A stretch of 64,000 nt of DNA from IMG/VR virus record IMGVR_UViG_3300007639_000002, positions 1 through 64,000 of that record. The stretch is one strand, 5' to 3'. Below the pieces are notes generated by a model that saw only the letters and a list, made by a program, of their open reading frames with translations, ran no database searches and had not been told where the DNA came from. A program made the position numbers and the translations under genes. Source of the DNA: a virus. Of the stretch, positions 9,425-19,437 are shown piece by piece (the stretch's first letter is position 1; each line of letters opens with the position of its first letter).

Positions 9425-10744
9425 TTAAGAGAACGCAACCCAGTTACAACGAAGGGCACCACTAGTCCAGTTAATAACTTTTACGTAAAGGTAAGTAGTA
9501 TCTGTTGAATGTATAGAAAACACATGGTTATTGCCATAACTATTACCATCTCCGTTACAAACAATTGATGTAGAAGGGGTAACCCCCAATCCATGAGGCA
9601 CAGCAAAAAGACCGCCACCCGTTGTACCATAAAGATAGGCTTCTCCAGCACCGGGAGAACTTCTAGCAACAATGGTTCCCTTAGTCATAGTAGTTAAATT
9701 GGTGGCGTTGGTGGCGTTGGTGGCGTTGGTGGCAAAAGCAACGTTAAAGAGGCTTGGGTTGTACACGTAATGGTTTGTACCGTCATTACTTCCCCATAAC
9801 CAATTAGGTTGACCACCTTGACCGTTCCAGTTAAAGGTCATTGCAGGACCAGACCCACTTTGCAATAAACTAGATGCGCTAATACTGCCTAAAGACAAAG
9901 TAACGTTTGCTGATCCGTTAAGAGAAACAGAGCCTGATGCGTTCCCACTTACAGTAATTGTTCTGGCACTAGCCCAACTTCCTGCTGTACCAGAAACGTT
10001 ACCCGTCACGTTACCAGTGAGGTTACCAATAACGTTTCCTGTAAGAGTTCCCGTTACGTTTGCAATAACAGTTGAGGCGGTAATAGTTCCTGCTGCAAAG
10101 TTTCCACTGCCGTCACGACGCACAAGGGTGTTAGCAACTAGTAAATCAGTTTCAGGAACGGTGTATTCAGCAAGGTTTTCCCATAGCGCAGCAGCAGTCT
10201 TAAGCCATACTTGGGATTGACCACTGTTAGAAGAGATAGCGGTATTAACATAAGTATCACCGATTGTCCCTAAAGAGTTGGAAGGGGTTCCCGAACCGGT
10301 GCGTTTTGTATTGCTGGGCTGAGTAATGCTCTTGTCAATAATACGGGTAGACGTAACAACATCTGCTGTACCCGCCGCACGGTATACAGCGGCAAGAAGA
10401 ACATCGCCCGTTGTTAAGGCAGGAAAGGTAGGGTTACTGCCAGCGGTACCTTGGCGTTTAGCCACAGCACCTGCTGAAGTAACTACCACAAGGTCAAACC
10501 TAGGGCTAGTTGTATCCCCTTGACCTAAGGCTAAGGTAGTTCCGGTAACAGTAAAGTACGTACCATTAGATAGTACTTCTCCACTGGCAACAACTACGTT
10601 TTGATCGGCAACTCCTGAAGCGGTAACTGCACAACCGGAAACTACACCGCTAGAACGGTTACCAAGGGTTACAAAATCTACACTATCTGGCTCAGACTGG
10701 TCTGTTACGGATGCATCGGGAGCATTGGGAATTGTGTAACCCAT
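9425..10744 (-). CDS. Structural fibre protein (head/neck fibre-like)
   Basis: Thr/Gly/Asn-rich, GNVT repeats, HGLG C-terminal fibre-type motif, located in head-neck module. Confidence 0.6.
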   Translation of the reverse strand: MGYTIPNAPDASVTDQSEPDSVDFVTLGNRSSGVVSGCAVTASGVADQNVVVASGEVLSNGTYFTVTGTTLALGQGDTTSPRFDLVVVTSAGAVAKRQGTAGSNPTFPALTTGDVLLAAVYRAAGTADVVTSTRIIDKSITQPSNTKRTGSGTPSNSLGTIGDTYVNTAISSNSGQSQVWLKTAAALWENLAEYTVPETDLLVANTLVRRDGSGNFAAGTITASTVIANVTGTLTGNVIGNLTGNVTGNVSGTAGSWASARTITVSGNASGSVSLNGSANVTLSLGSISASSLLQSGSGPAMTFNWNGQGGQPNWLWGSNDGTNHYVYNPSLFNVAFATNATNATNATNLTTMTKGTIVARSSPGAGEAYLYGTTGGGLFAVPHGLGVTPSTSIVCNGDGNSYGNNHVFSIHSTDTTYLYVKVINWTSGALRCNWVAFS

Positions 10745-10752
10745 TAATTACC

Positions 10753-10986
10753 TCAGAGAGTGTCGTAGATGTTCCCGTGAGTCTTGAGGTGTGACCAAAG
10801 ATCCGACGGGATATTGTAAGTCTTGCCATCTTCAAAGTTAAAGATTGCACGACCCCAATACATGGTCCAAGTGCCTTTTATACGGGCACGGCGCAAACCA
10901 GAATCTGCTGGAGGAGCCGGGGTGACCACGACTTCCTCTTCAGAAGTTTCTTCTGCAAAAATGCTAGGTGTACGTTTTGTAGTCAT
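10753..10986 (-). CDS. Small capsid-associated protein
   Basis: Directly after capsid gene, AAGGAG SD. Confidence 0.5.
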   Translation of the reverse strand: MTTKRTPSIFAEETSEEEVVVTPAPPADSGLRRARIKGTWTMYWGRAIFNFEDGKTYNIPSDLWSHLKTHGNIYDTL

Positions 10987-11016
10987 TATTACTCCTTAGT
11001 TTGTGAATGTGTATGA

Positions 11017-11047
11017 GTGGAGCGGGGGTCCGAAGACCCCCCGCCAC
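11017..11047 (-). terminator. GC-rich hairpin with cUUCGg tetraloop after the major capsid gene (terminator or mRNA stabiliser)
   Basis: GGGGGTC-TTCG-GACCCCC on - strand; no clear U-tract. Confidence 0.6.
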
Positions 11048-11061
11048 AACTATCTCCAATA

Positions 11062-12147
11062 TTAGGAGATAGCACCACCCTTAGTGTTGATAAGCACACG
11101 GGATTCTGCGGTGATAACACCGAAGCCCCAGATTGCGTACCATGCCAAACCATGCTCACGACCAAAGTCAATGACACCGCCGTCACGGAGTTCCACTGGC
11201 AATGCAATGGCTTGTCCGAAGGCGTTGTCACCGATCATGATTGCAGAGTATGAGTCAGCGATTGGATCTGTGTAACCGGCAGATGCTGGGTTGAGGTCAA
11301 CAACATCTGTGCCAGCCTGACCCTTAAGAACCTGAGTGGTTTCAATGAATACTACGTCGTACAAGCGACCAATTTCACCGAGCATGAAGTTGCCGGGAGC
11401 GGCGTACTTCGTGACTTCAATGAATTCAGGCCAGTCACGGAGCGCACGGCTCTGTGATGGGTGTACGAAACAAACGTATGTGTCGCCAAGGCGTGGGATG
11501 TTCTGTCCAGCAAGTACTTCAACTGCGTCCTTAACGGCAGCAGGTGAGAGGTATCCCGGTGCAGAAGCCGTACCGAGGGTACCAGCATCGTATGGTGAGA
11601 TGGAACCACGGGTTGCAGCAGCGGTACGTCCGAAGATAACCGAAGGAGCAACAGCAGCGCCACCACCGAAAGGAACTCCGGGGCTGTAAAGGGTGTTGCG
11701 TGCTTGGATGTCCATAGACTGTGCCATGTGACGACCAAGAAGGCGTGAAGATGAGGCCATAACGTCATCAAATGATGCATTGAGCAACAATTCGGTAACG
11801 GCTACAGACTTACCTTGTTCCTTAACTGTAATTTGAATCTGGCTTGCAGAAAGTGCAACTGGGTCCATACGGACACCTTCAACCAATTCTGCTCCAGCGT
11901 AGTCATCAACCGAGAGGTTGTTGTAACGCATGAAGTTAACGGTGAGACCGGGCATAACGCCAAGTTCAGTTTTCTTAACAGCAAACTGCTCAAAGCGAAG
12001 AACTGGCATCGCTTGGAACAAGATTTCTTTTGACCAAATGGTCTGAATTGCGGGTGAAAGTGTTGCATCACTTGAGTAACCTGTAGTCGTAATTGAACTA
12101 AGGTTAGCACCTGTTACTGCACCACCAGCGGGGCCGGGAAAAGCCAT
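11062..12147 (-). CDS. Major capsid protein (N4-gp56 family, HK97 fold)
   Basis: WSKEILFQAMPVLRFEQFA, GEIGRLYDVVFIET and DFGREHGLAWY motifs; GGAGG SD. Confidence 0.92.
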   Translation of the reverse strand: MAFPGPAGGAVTGANLSSITTTGYSSDATLSPAIQTIWSKEILFQAMPVLRFEQFAVKKTELGVMPGLTVNFMRYNNLSVDDYAGAELVEGVRMDPVALSASQIQITVKEQGKSVAVTELLLNASFDDVMASSSRLLGRHMAQSMDIQARNTLYSPGVPFGGGAAVAPSVIFGRTAAATRGSISPYDAGTLGTASAPGYLSPAAVKDAVEVLAGQNIPRLGDTYVCFVHPSQSRALRDWPEFIEVTKYAAPGNFMLGEIGRLYDVVFIETTQVLKGQAGTDVVDLNPASAGYTDPIADSYSAIMIGDNAFGQAIALPVELRDGGVIDFGREHGLAWYAIWGFGVITAESRVLINTKGGAIS

Positions 12148-12184
12148 ATGTTTATCCTCCGTGGATAGTGGTTATGATTGGGTT

Positions 12185-12982
12185 TTAAAACCTGCCCCGT
12201 GAAGGGCGGGCTGACATGAGCCTGTCACGCATCTTTGCATACTGTTCCATCGGCATATTCCGAATATCTTCGGCAGTCAATGTTTGGTGTTCCGTTTGAG
12301 TTTCCATTGGCCCGTATGGGGGAGCCGTTACCGGCGCACCCCGCAACCGACCCTGAGATTGCTGGGTCGCTTGTTGGATTGATTCAATAATAGCATTACT
12401 TCTCTCACGAAGTACGGCAATTGAATTTTCTATCTCTTCCTCAGTGTTTCCTGATACAAGATCAATCAACTCAGGGATGATTCCTTCCGACTCGTCGTTT
12501 AGACGGCGATTACGGTAAGAGTTAAGTGCTTGAAGCGCACGCTCTTTTTCTAGCAGGGCTTCCTGCTGAGCACGTTGTTGTTCAATCTCTTCAAAACGGG
12601 TGCGATAGTCCTGTTCAATCTGGGAAATCTTGACATTGAACTCATCTTCACGTTTTGCAAGAAGTTCTTTAGCGCTTAATTCAGCCACTTCACGTTGGCG
12701 AATGAGTTCCTGCTCTTGCTTAGAACGTTCTTCTGCTTCCTTACGAGCAGATTCACGCTCTTGGGCAATGATAGTCATTTGCTCTTCCACCGTTTTTACA
12801 CGTGTGTCGGCATCTTCAATGCGCTTGTACATCTTGTCTTTTTCCTGCTTACGGATGGCTTCTACTTCATCCTCAGAAAAAACACGGGATTTCTTAGTTG
12901 CGTCCTCTACAAACTGCTCTACCATTGGAGCATCCATAGGAACTGAAATGATGTCCCCTTCGGGAACGTTACGGTTTGACAT
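12185..12982 (-). CDS. Capsid scaffolding protein
   Basis: E/Q/R-rich coiled coil between portal and capsid; C-terminal IRNMPMEQYAKMR. Confidence 0.8.
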   Translation of the reverse strand: MSNRNVPEGDIISVPMDAPMVEQFVEDATKKSRVFSEDEVEAIRKQEKDKMYKRIEDADTRVKTVEEQMTIIAQERESARKEAEERSKQEQELIRQREVAELSAKELLAKREDEFNVKISQIEQDYRTRFEEIEQQRAQQEALLEKERALQALNSYRNRRLNDESEGIIPELIDLVSGNTEEEIENSIAVLRERSNAIIESIQQATQQSQGRLRGAPVTAPPYGPMETQTEHQTLTAEDIRNMPMEQYAKMRDRLMSARPSRGRF

Positions 12983-13033
12983 AATTACTTAACCTCACTG
13001 GTTTGGCTATTAGGAACTTATTTAATAAAACGT

Positions 13034-14725
13034 TTAGTTGTCTTCGTCTGGGCTACGGCGTTGTGCAAAGCGCCCACCGTATGCCCGGGATACTATTTTA
13101 TTTACGAGTTCGCCTTCCATTGGAGCGGCTGCTCCAATACCCGGCAACGGTCCACCTTCGCTTCCCGCATTACTTACATTAGCACCTCCAGCAGATACAG
13201 GTTGTGAGCCACCATCTGGGGTAGGCACCATTCCTGTAGCGAGCATAATTGCTTGCTGGATTTGTGCTCTCATCATGTCAAGGGCACCTTGGTCTAACGC
13301 ATCGTCTTGCAATTCTTCAAAGATTTCCAACATCTTTTCATTTGGAAATTCTTCACCGAGAATGCGAAGAGCGCCTCGCTTAGATTCAAGACCAAGTTGC
13401 ATCTTGGCTTGTACCTCATTGAGTTTGATGAGAACATCTACTGGCAGTGGTTCAGGCCAGTGAACAGTTGTTTTATAAGTCAATTGATCCATTGGGTCCA
13501 ACTGTGTAAGTTGATCCGACTCTGGTTCAGCAGAAACAGCAGGGTTGTACTGCAATAGTTCTGGTCTAAAGATTGCGGCAGTACGGATAATCAATTCGTT
13601 AACACGCTCAAGACCCTTAGTAAAGTGGATCTTTTTCATGCTAAAACGGTTCATTAATGGCTGATACTGAATAGCCAAGGCAACACCTGAAGTGTTGGAT
13701 ACCGGCTGGAACTGACCAAGTGCGGTTTCAGGTACACCCGTAACTTCATGCATTGTGCGCTTAATTACTTGGATGTATTCCAAGGCACCAGACATCTCGC
13801 CACGTGATTCAAGGTTAAAGACACTGGCATCCTTAGGAAGACCAGCCCAAACCTTCTTAGGACCACGTTCTAACTGGGAAGCCTTGGCACCCGTGATGAT
13901 GGTTACCGGCGCTGCGTGGTAGTTGATGATGTCAGATACTTCCAACATCTTTTCGTTAAGTTCACGATTGAGAGGAATAATATCCCATATATCACTTTGC
14001 CCCCAAGGAGATGACGAAATGGTTACGTTCGGGATATGCACGATTGGAATAGTTCCAATTGCGTTGGGGTATTCGTCAATGAGTTCGTCGTTAATAAACT
14101 GCTGAACCATGTCATCAGAAAGGATTTCCGTAAAGGTGTATACCTGACGGGTACCTTCTGGAGATGTACCCCAGAAACGGTATTTAAGTTTGAACCGAGT
14201 AAGACGGTCACGGTCATGGGGGTGGTACTCAGGGAAGCAGTGCGCTGGGTTCAATGGGATAACCCGAATACGTCCTTCTTGTGGGATACCAATACCATCT
14301 ACGTAAGGCTCTTCATAAGCAATCTTTACAAAGCAGTCACCTGTTACTGAGGCAAGTTGCCCCATTTCCCAAAGGGCATAGTGCTTGTTGTTATGTACTT
14401 CCCATACTTGGTGCAGGAGGTTCGGGATGATTGCAGAGTTTTGCTCAGGGCAACGAAACTGGATACCCTTGCCAAAGCAGAAGTTGGTGATGTAGTCCGA
14501 CATAGTACGGACATAGTTCATGTAGAACTGGGATTCACCCATTTCACGACGGTATGAGTAGTGGTGACCCAAGTACCAAGCCCATGCTGCTGCATAACGG
14601 TTTAGTCGGGGACCGTGTACCTCAAACTCTTCGTCTGCAAGTTCTACAAGTCCAAGAGGAGAGATGGCAACGGTGAGGTCGCTAGATGACGCTCTATATG
14701 AGGGTGACCAGAAGTCAATTGCCAT
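13034..14725 (-). CDS. Portal protein (SPP1 gp6-like)
   Basis: 563 aa; IPIVHIPN, WGQSD and SGVAL motifs; upstream of scaffold. Confidence 0.9.
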   Translation of the reverse strand: MAIDFWSPSYRASSSDLTVAISPLGLVELADEEFEVHGPRLNRYAAAWAWYLGHHYSYRREMGESQFYMNYVRTMSDYITNFCFGKGIQFRCPEQNSAIIPNLLHQVWEVHNNKHYALWEMGQLASVTGDCFVKIAYEEPYVDGIGIPQEGRIRVIPLNPAHCFPEYHPHDRDRLTRFKLKYRFWGTSPEGTRQVYTFTEILSDDMVQQFINDELIDEYPNAIGTIPIVHIPNVTISSSPWGQSDIWDIIPLNRELNEKMLEVSDIINYHAAPVTIITGAKASQLERGPKKVWAGLPKDASVFNLESRGEMSGALEYIQVIKRTMHEVTGVPETALGQFQPVSNTSGVALAIQYQPLMNRFSMKKIHFTKGLERVNELIIRTAAIFRPELLQYNPAVSAEPESDQLTQLDPMDQLTYKTTVHWPEPLPVDVLIKLNEVQAKMQLGLESKRGALRILGEEFPNEKMLEIFEELQDDALDQGALDMMRAQIQQAIMLATGMVPTPDGGSQPVSAGGANVSNAGSEGGPLPGIGAAAPMEGELVNKIVSRAYGGRFAQRRSPDEDN

Positions 14726-14752
14726 GTTTAACCTTTTTTAGTTAGTAGTTGA

Positions 14753-15037
14753 TTATTTTTTAGGGGCTGCCTTTTTAGGGGCTGCCTTCTTTTTGGCTAC
14801 TTCTTGCTTAACTTCTTCTACAACAATAGGTGCTTCTTTAGCGGCTTTTGCAAGAAAAGAAGCAGTGGCAGGGTCACCAACTTTAGTACTAGCGTATGCT
14901 AAACCAGTGATTAGTAGTGGCATAATTGCTGCCTGCATCCCGGGGTCAAGGTTTGCCTTGGCAAGGAAGAAAGAAGCAGCGCCAACAATAGCACCCTTAA
15001 TAGTCTGGTCGGTAATTTGGGAATCTTTAACGCTCAT
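14753..15037 (-). CDS. Small membrane protein with basic KKAAPKK tail
   Basis: Two hydrophobic helices plus Lys/Ala repeats. Confidence 0.55.
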   Translation of the reverse strand: MSVKDSQITDQTIKGAIVGAASFFLAKANLDPGMQAAIMPLLITGLAYASTKVGDPATASFLAKAAKEAPIVVEEVKQEVAKKKAAPKKAAPKK

Positions 15038-15081
15038 TGAAACTCCTTAAGGTTCTTCACAATGATACTTTATTTACAAGG

Positions 15082-15687
15082 CTATTGTTCTTGTATATGC
15101 GTATAAAACGGAGAACCAGTATGGGGGTCATATTGGGCGGCAATATTAAGAGCCTTTATACACAGGGTTTTGGCAGAGGCTGGGGTTAACTTGCTCTTAC
15201 CCGTGAGCGCTTTTAATGCTCCTAGAGCATAAGATGCCCCAGTTCCCAATGCATATACACCGCTTTGGTCTGATGCCCATGCGTAACTACTGTCAATGAC
15301 ATAGATGGTGGCGTTAACAACCGCTATGATTTCTGAACTTTGTTCCGCCTTATGGTCAGACGATTCCTTTTCAGGAGAGGCATATCCAGTCTTGTCAAAG
15401 CATTCCCTGAGTTCAGGAATGAACTTGTTGGTAAAGAACTTGTCCAGTTGCAATCCAGACAGATTGGCTGTGGGAGTAGGCGGGATAAAGACATGGTGCA
15501 GAATATTGATAGCCCGCATGTCTCCTGCTGCACCTAGTAGGTACTTACCGTTCTTTGCAATCTTGTTAGCGTTTGACCTGATGGTCATTATCTGAGATAC
15601 AAAGCCACCGGAATCCATTTCGGACAAACGAGAATCATTACCAATTACGGCAAACCCGTCACCTTGAATTCCTACAATTGTGGTCAC
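15082..15687 (-). CDS. HslV/proteasome-beta-like Ntn threonine protease
   Basis: MTTIVG N-terminal nucleophile, DSR, KI, GAAG, ALGTGASYALG and DPHTG motifs. Confidence 0.85.
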   Translation of the reverse strand: MTTIVGIQGDGFAVIGNDSRLSEMDSGGFVSQIMTIRSNANKIAKNGKYLLGAAGDMRAINILHHVFIPPTPTANLSGLQLDKFFTNKFIPELRECFDKTGYASPEKESSDHKAEQSSEIIAVVNATIYVIDSSYAWASDQSGVYALGTGASYALGALKALTGKSKLTPASAKTLCIKALNIAAQYDPHTGSPFYTHIQEQ

Positions 15688-16832
15688 TCCCCGCCCAGCA
15701 ACTTTCCTTTATAGAACATTGTTCCGTCATGGATCGGCAACATCTCAGGATGGAAAGGTCCGTCACCTTCTTGGTAATGAATAATACCAAGACCTTGTTG
15801 CCAATCTTCTACGCAGGTAATTGGGCGACCATCTAAGTCCATACCACCCTTAGTTGATGGCACCATTCCATCTACACGTGCTAGACACCCAAAGGAAATA
15901 GCGGCAATGGTTTTTGGACCATCCCAATCACCACGGGTACGCTCAGCCCACTCACGGCGATGGATGTGCCCGTAGACTACAGATGATTTCTCTGTACCTA
16001 AGTACTTGTGTGCAGTAGAACCACCCGAAGCCACTTTGGTTCCATGAATAATCTTGATGCGGTTATTCAACCAAAACTGACTGGCTGGGTATCCAGCAAA
16101 GTACTCCACTCCAAAGTCTTCAAAGCGACACAGGAAGGGAATAGAAAGTACTGGAAAAGAGTCAGGTGTATTACCCTGCTTCAAACCAAATGCTGCTTTT
16201 GCGTTGTCAATAATGTAGTTGGTAAGACGAATTTCGTGGTTACCCTCCATCCAAACAATACGAGCATGTGGAGCAGCATCTCTAAGTTGTGCACAAAGAG
16301 TTGTCAAATAGTTAATGGTTGCCTGTGTAGTTAATGAGAACGCAGGACTCAAACGATACTTTGACATTTCAGGAAGGTCTGCGTTGTCACCGTTAAGTGC
16401 AATGATGTCAGGCTTCTCTTCTTTAATGACTGTAAGAGCGTAATCCATAGCAACTGGATCATGGGTACTAATTAATTCTCCATTAGCATCTCTAAAAAAA
16501 CCAGCCTGAATATCAGGAAGAACAACACACTTCTTCCAATTAGATATTGATTGCTTAACAGTAACCTTAGGCAACTTAATAGAAGGTCCTTGATATACAG
16601 GGTCCCATTCAGGTCCTTCAGCCCACTTAGGTGAAAACTGAATAGCAGCAAGGTCATGTACTTGTGCTTCACCATCTTGGTCTTTAGTTAAAGACTGGTA
16701 AAGAGATACACGTTTTACAGAACCAATTTCATTGATGTCAATGTTTTGACGATCAAGAATTTCAACAAGACGACCAAGCGCTTGTGCTTTTGATTCAGGT
16801 GGGTTACTCAGTTTATTTGCCAAATCGCTCAC
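15684..16832 (-). CDS. Calcineurin-like metallophosphoesterase
   Basis: PDIQ, GD, GNHE, HG and GHIH motifs. Confidence 0.85.
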   Translation of the reverse strand: MSDLANKLSNPPESKAQALGRLVEILDRQNIDINEIGSVKRVSLYQSLTKDQDGEAQVHDLAAIQFSPKWAEGPEWDPVYQGPSIKLPKVTVKQSISNWKKCVVLPDIQAGFFRDANGELISTHDPVAMDYALTVIKEEKPDIIALNGDNADLPEMSKYRLSPAFSLTTQATINYLTTLCAQLRDAAPHARIVWMEGNHEIRLTNYIIDNAKAAFGLKQGNTPDSFPVLSIPFLCRFEDFGVEYFAGYPASQFWLNNRIKIIHGTKVASGGSTAHKYLGTEKSSVVYGHIHRREWAERTRGDWDGPKTIAAISFGCLARVDGMVPSTKGGMDLDGRPITCVEDWQQGLGIIHYQEGDGPFHPEMLPIHDGTMFYKGKLLGGE

Positions 16833-17097
16833 AAGAACACTCCTTGTTTACGTGGCGTTGAGTGGTGCTTACACTAAGTGAATAACCAAAGTTTTTAAGA
16901 ACTTTAGTAAGCCAAGCAGTACTGTACGTTTTTGCTTTACCTACTCCGGCTTCATCACGAATACCGTTTACGGCTTTATCAAGTGCTGCTTTTTCAGCAT
17001 CGTTAAGGTTCTCACGTATCTGTGAAAACTTACAAGTAGCAGGGTAGTTGCCGTTGTCTGGCTTGTTTAAAGCCTCTAGCAAAGAATCGGGTGTCAT
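16813..17097 (-). CDS. Hypothetical protein (possible Zn/HTH-like)
   Basis: C...H...CxC pattern, coupled to the phosphoesterase. Confidence 0.55.
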   Translation of the reverse strand: MTPDSLLEALNKPDNGNYPATCKFSQIRENLNDAEKAALDKAVNGIRDEAGVGKAKTYSTAWLTKVLKNFGYSLSVSTTQRHVNKECSCERFGK

Positions 17098-17178
17098 GCG
17101 TAATCCTTTTGGTAGCCAAAGTGCCCCTCACGAACACTTTCACTATCATACTAGCACTCCACGCATGGACGCAACTAA

Positions 17179-17430
17179 TTATTTCTTCAGATGCCAATCA
17201 ATATGACCGTCTAAGCGGTCACCAACGTGGGTAACACTATCTTGTACCTTGGTCAACCTACGAATAATTATATTATTCTCATCTTGCACTTGATCTAGTT
17301 TATGCATAACTATGCCGTGATCTAGGCTATTTGATTTCTGCATGTGGCGAAACTCTTTAATTGCAAGCCCAACTAAACCCCCAAGTACGGGAATGGTAGC
17401 GGCAATGATAGTTGCCCATGCAGCGTTCAT
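17179..17430 (-). CDS. Single-TM membrane protein with coiled coil (lysis-associated-like)
   Basis: N-terminal TM helix, C-terminal RLDGHIDWH. Confidence 0.6.
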   Translation of the reverse strand: MNAAWATIIAATIPVLGGLVGLAIKEFRHMQKSNSLDHGIVMHKLDQVQDENNIIIRRLTKVQDSVTHVGDRLDGHIDWHLKK

Positions 17431-17433
17431 AAA

Positions 17434-18477
17434 TTACATCCCATGCCCAAGATCAAAATGAGCACGACGAATGGCAACAGGGACATCAGCCGCTGCACCT
17501 GCTCTATGTTCACGGACAAATCCAAACCTATTGGAATGGGGATTTAATGCATAAGCGCCAGTCCCAAAATTGCCTTGTAGTTTTTCAGTAAGGGCACCAA
17601 TGTGCCCTCTTTCAGGATCTGCCCAACGAGCATCGTCACGATCCATATTAAATGTAGGGGCAGTTATTGTTCTACCTGCTTTATCCTCAATAACCATAAA
17701 TGGATGAGGTTCTTCTTTTCTTGTTTTTATTACTGGAACTGCAACGTTTCTGCCACTTTCCAAAACTTGTTGAATACGTGGAGCAGTAGTAAGTTCACTT
17801 ACGCTTCCTGTAATATGAACACCTTTATAAGGAATTGTTTCTTCTTTATCTACAGCATCCCGCATAGTTTCTTTAGAATATTCAGAAGTTGTAGCCCCCG
17901 TAAGATGCTTCAACTCCTTTGGAATCATAATTCCACTTGGGTGCTTTTCAAAATCACCAATAATAGTTGGGGCAGTAGGTAATTTATGCCAAGGAATATC
18001 ACTTAGAGTGTTGCGGCGAAATACTGGGTGTAAACCATTCTGCCAAGCATCTTCAGCATGTGCTCGTTGGGAATCTCGTAAGTGCGCCAAAAACAAGTCT
18101 GGATGCAAATGGGCAAACTTGGTGCGAATTACCTGTGCTCTTTGTGCTGCATCTTGAGAAAAATGACCAGAATCACTGAGGCAATTTTCTCTACATCCCG
18201 GAGTAGAGCAAGACCCACAAGTGTCTGTAACTCCTGATGTAGCCGCTGGCGCTAAAGCCAGTGTTGCTTGTAGTGATAAACGTGCCATTGGGTTAGTAGA
18301 TGTTTCATTTTTCTTTGTTTTAGTATTAGATTTTTGACCAGTTAGCAACTGTAAATTTGGACTAGCACCCTCTGATTGGGCAAACTTCTTAAAAGCAGCA
18401 CCACCTCGTGCTGGTGGGATGGCTCCTAAGTCAGTATCAGATACTTCCTGAAGCGTTTTAAAAAGTGGTTTTACCAT
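17434..18477 (-). CDS. Mycobacteriophage gp88-like domain protein
   Basis: TCxxCxxxGCxxxCL cysteine cluster and RRNTLSDIPW motif. Confidence 0.55.
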   Translation of the reverse strand: MVKPLFKTLQEVSDTDLGAIPPARGGAAFKKFAQSEGASPNLQLLTGQKSNTKTKKNETSTNPMARLSLQATLALAPAATSGVTDTCGSCSTPGCRENCLSDSGHFSQDAAQRAQVIRTKFAHLHPDLFLAHLRDSQRAHAEDAWQNGLHPVFRRNTLSDIPWHKLPTAPTIIGDFEKHPSGIMIPKELKHLTGATTSEYSKETMRDAVDKEETIPYKGVHITGSVSELTTAPRIQQVLESGRNVAVPVIKTRKEEPHPFMVIEDKAGRTITAPTFNMDRDDARWADPERGHIGALTEKLQGNFGTGAYALNPHSNRFGFVREHRAGAAADVPVAIRRAHFDLGHGM

Positions 18478-18479
18478 AT

Positions 18480-18974
18480 TTAGTCTACCTTTATCGGGTT
18501 GTTACGGCGAGTTTCTGTGTTTCCCCTGTTTTCCGATTTGTAGGCACGGCGACCAGCGTTCTTGTATTCCTTTTTAGTGGCGTTCTCTTCTTGTGGAGTA
18601 ACGACTTCATCGGCAGAGGATTCTTTAAACTGTTGCGGAGCAAAGTTTTGCATAGGGTCAACCGGTGCAGGCCCTACCGCTTCCATGTTCTTTTCAACCC
18701 TTACAACGCCAGTAGAACCCCTGTGCTGGGCGCTGTAATCAGAACCATAGGCTATAGGGCGTGGCAAGGCAGGCTTTGATGCGTGTATACCATTACGGAA
18801 ATGGATGCTTCTAGAAGCGTTGTATTTATTAAATACAAATCCAGAACCGGCGTACACAGGGGATATGGGCATGCCAGATCCTGTAAAGGTGAGTTGGGGG
18901 GTATACCCCTGCCCAACTACTACCTCGTTTTGCCCTGCGTCAGCGGTCTGGGATATTTCCCCAGCCGCTTCCAC
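18480..18974 (-). CDS. Hypothetical protein
   Basis: Tightly packed ORF in terminase operon. Confidence 0.55.
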   Translation of the reverse strand: MEAAGEISQTADAGQNEVVVGQGYTPQLTFTGSGMPISPVYAGSGFVFNKYNASRSIHFRNGIHASKPALPRPIAYGSDYSAQHRGSTGVVRVEKNMEAVGPAPVDPMQNFAPQQFKESSADEVVTPQEENATKKEYKNAGRRAYKSENRGNTETRRNNPIKVD

Positions 18975-18976
18975 GA

Positions 18977-19390
18977 CTAATCGCTTACGACAGTTGGGTT
19001 TGGACGGTTCATTTTACCGCCCGTGTTGTATTCATACTCAAAAGATGGCATTCCATCGCCAGCCATTGCGCCCTGAACAAAGTCAGACAACACTGTAGGT
19101 GCTTCAATCCAAGATGCAGAACCTACGTGAGCACGCTCACGCATTGTGTCCATTGCATGCTTGTAGAACATCTCAGGGTTATTATGGTTGTCACGTCCGG
19201 GTGCAGACGTTGTGTCCATATATGCGCCTTGAGCAAAGTCATTAGGTACATCGGTGTCTGTGGCTACGCCTTCTTCAAAACGAAGTGGTCCCTTGTTACC
19301 GGGAATGCTAGGTGCAAAACTACGTTCAAATACGGGTGTGCCTTTTTCAGGGAACATCGGTGCTGGTGCTACGTTCACTAAATCCTCCAA
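18977..19390 (-). CDS. Hypothetical protein (possibly virion)
   Basis: GPLRFEEGVATDTDVP; downstream of terminase; start uncertain. Confidence 0.6.
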   Translation of the reverse strand: MEDLVNVAPAPMFPEKGTPVFERSFAPSIPGNKGPLRFEEGVATDTDVPNDFAQGAYMDTTSAPGRDNHNNPEMFYKHAMDTMRERAHVGSASWIEAPTVLSDFVQGAMAGDGMPSFEYEYNTGGKMNRPNPTVVSD

Positions 19391-19437
19391 ATAGGGGTGT
19401 GGTTACTTACTATTACTTTACACTATTTTGATAGTGC

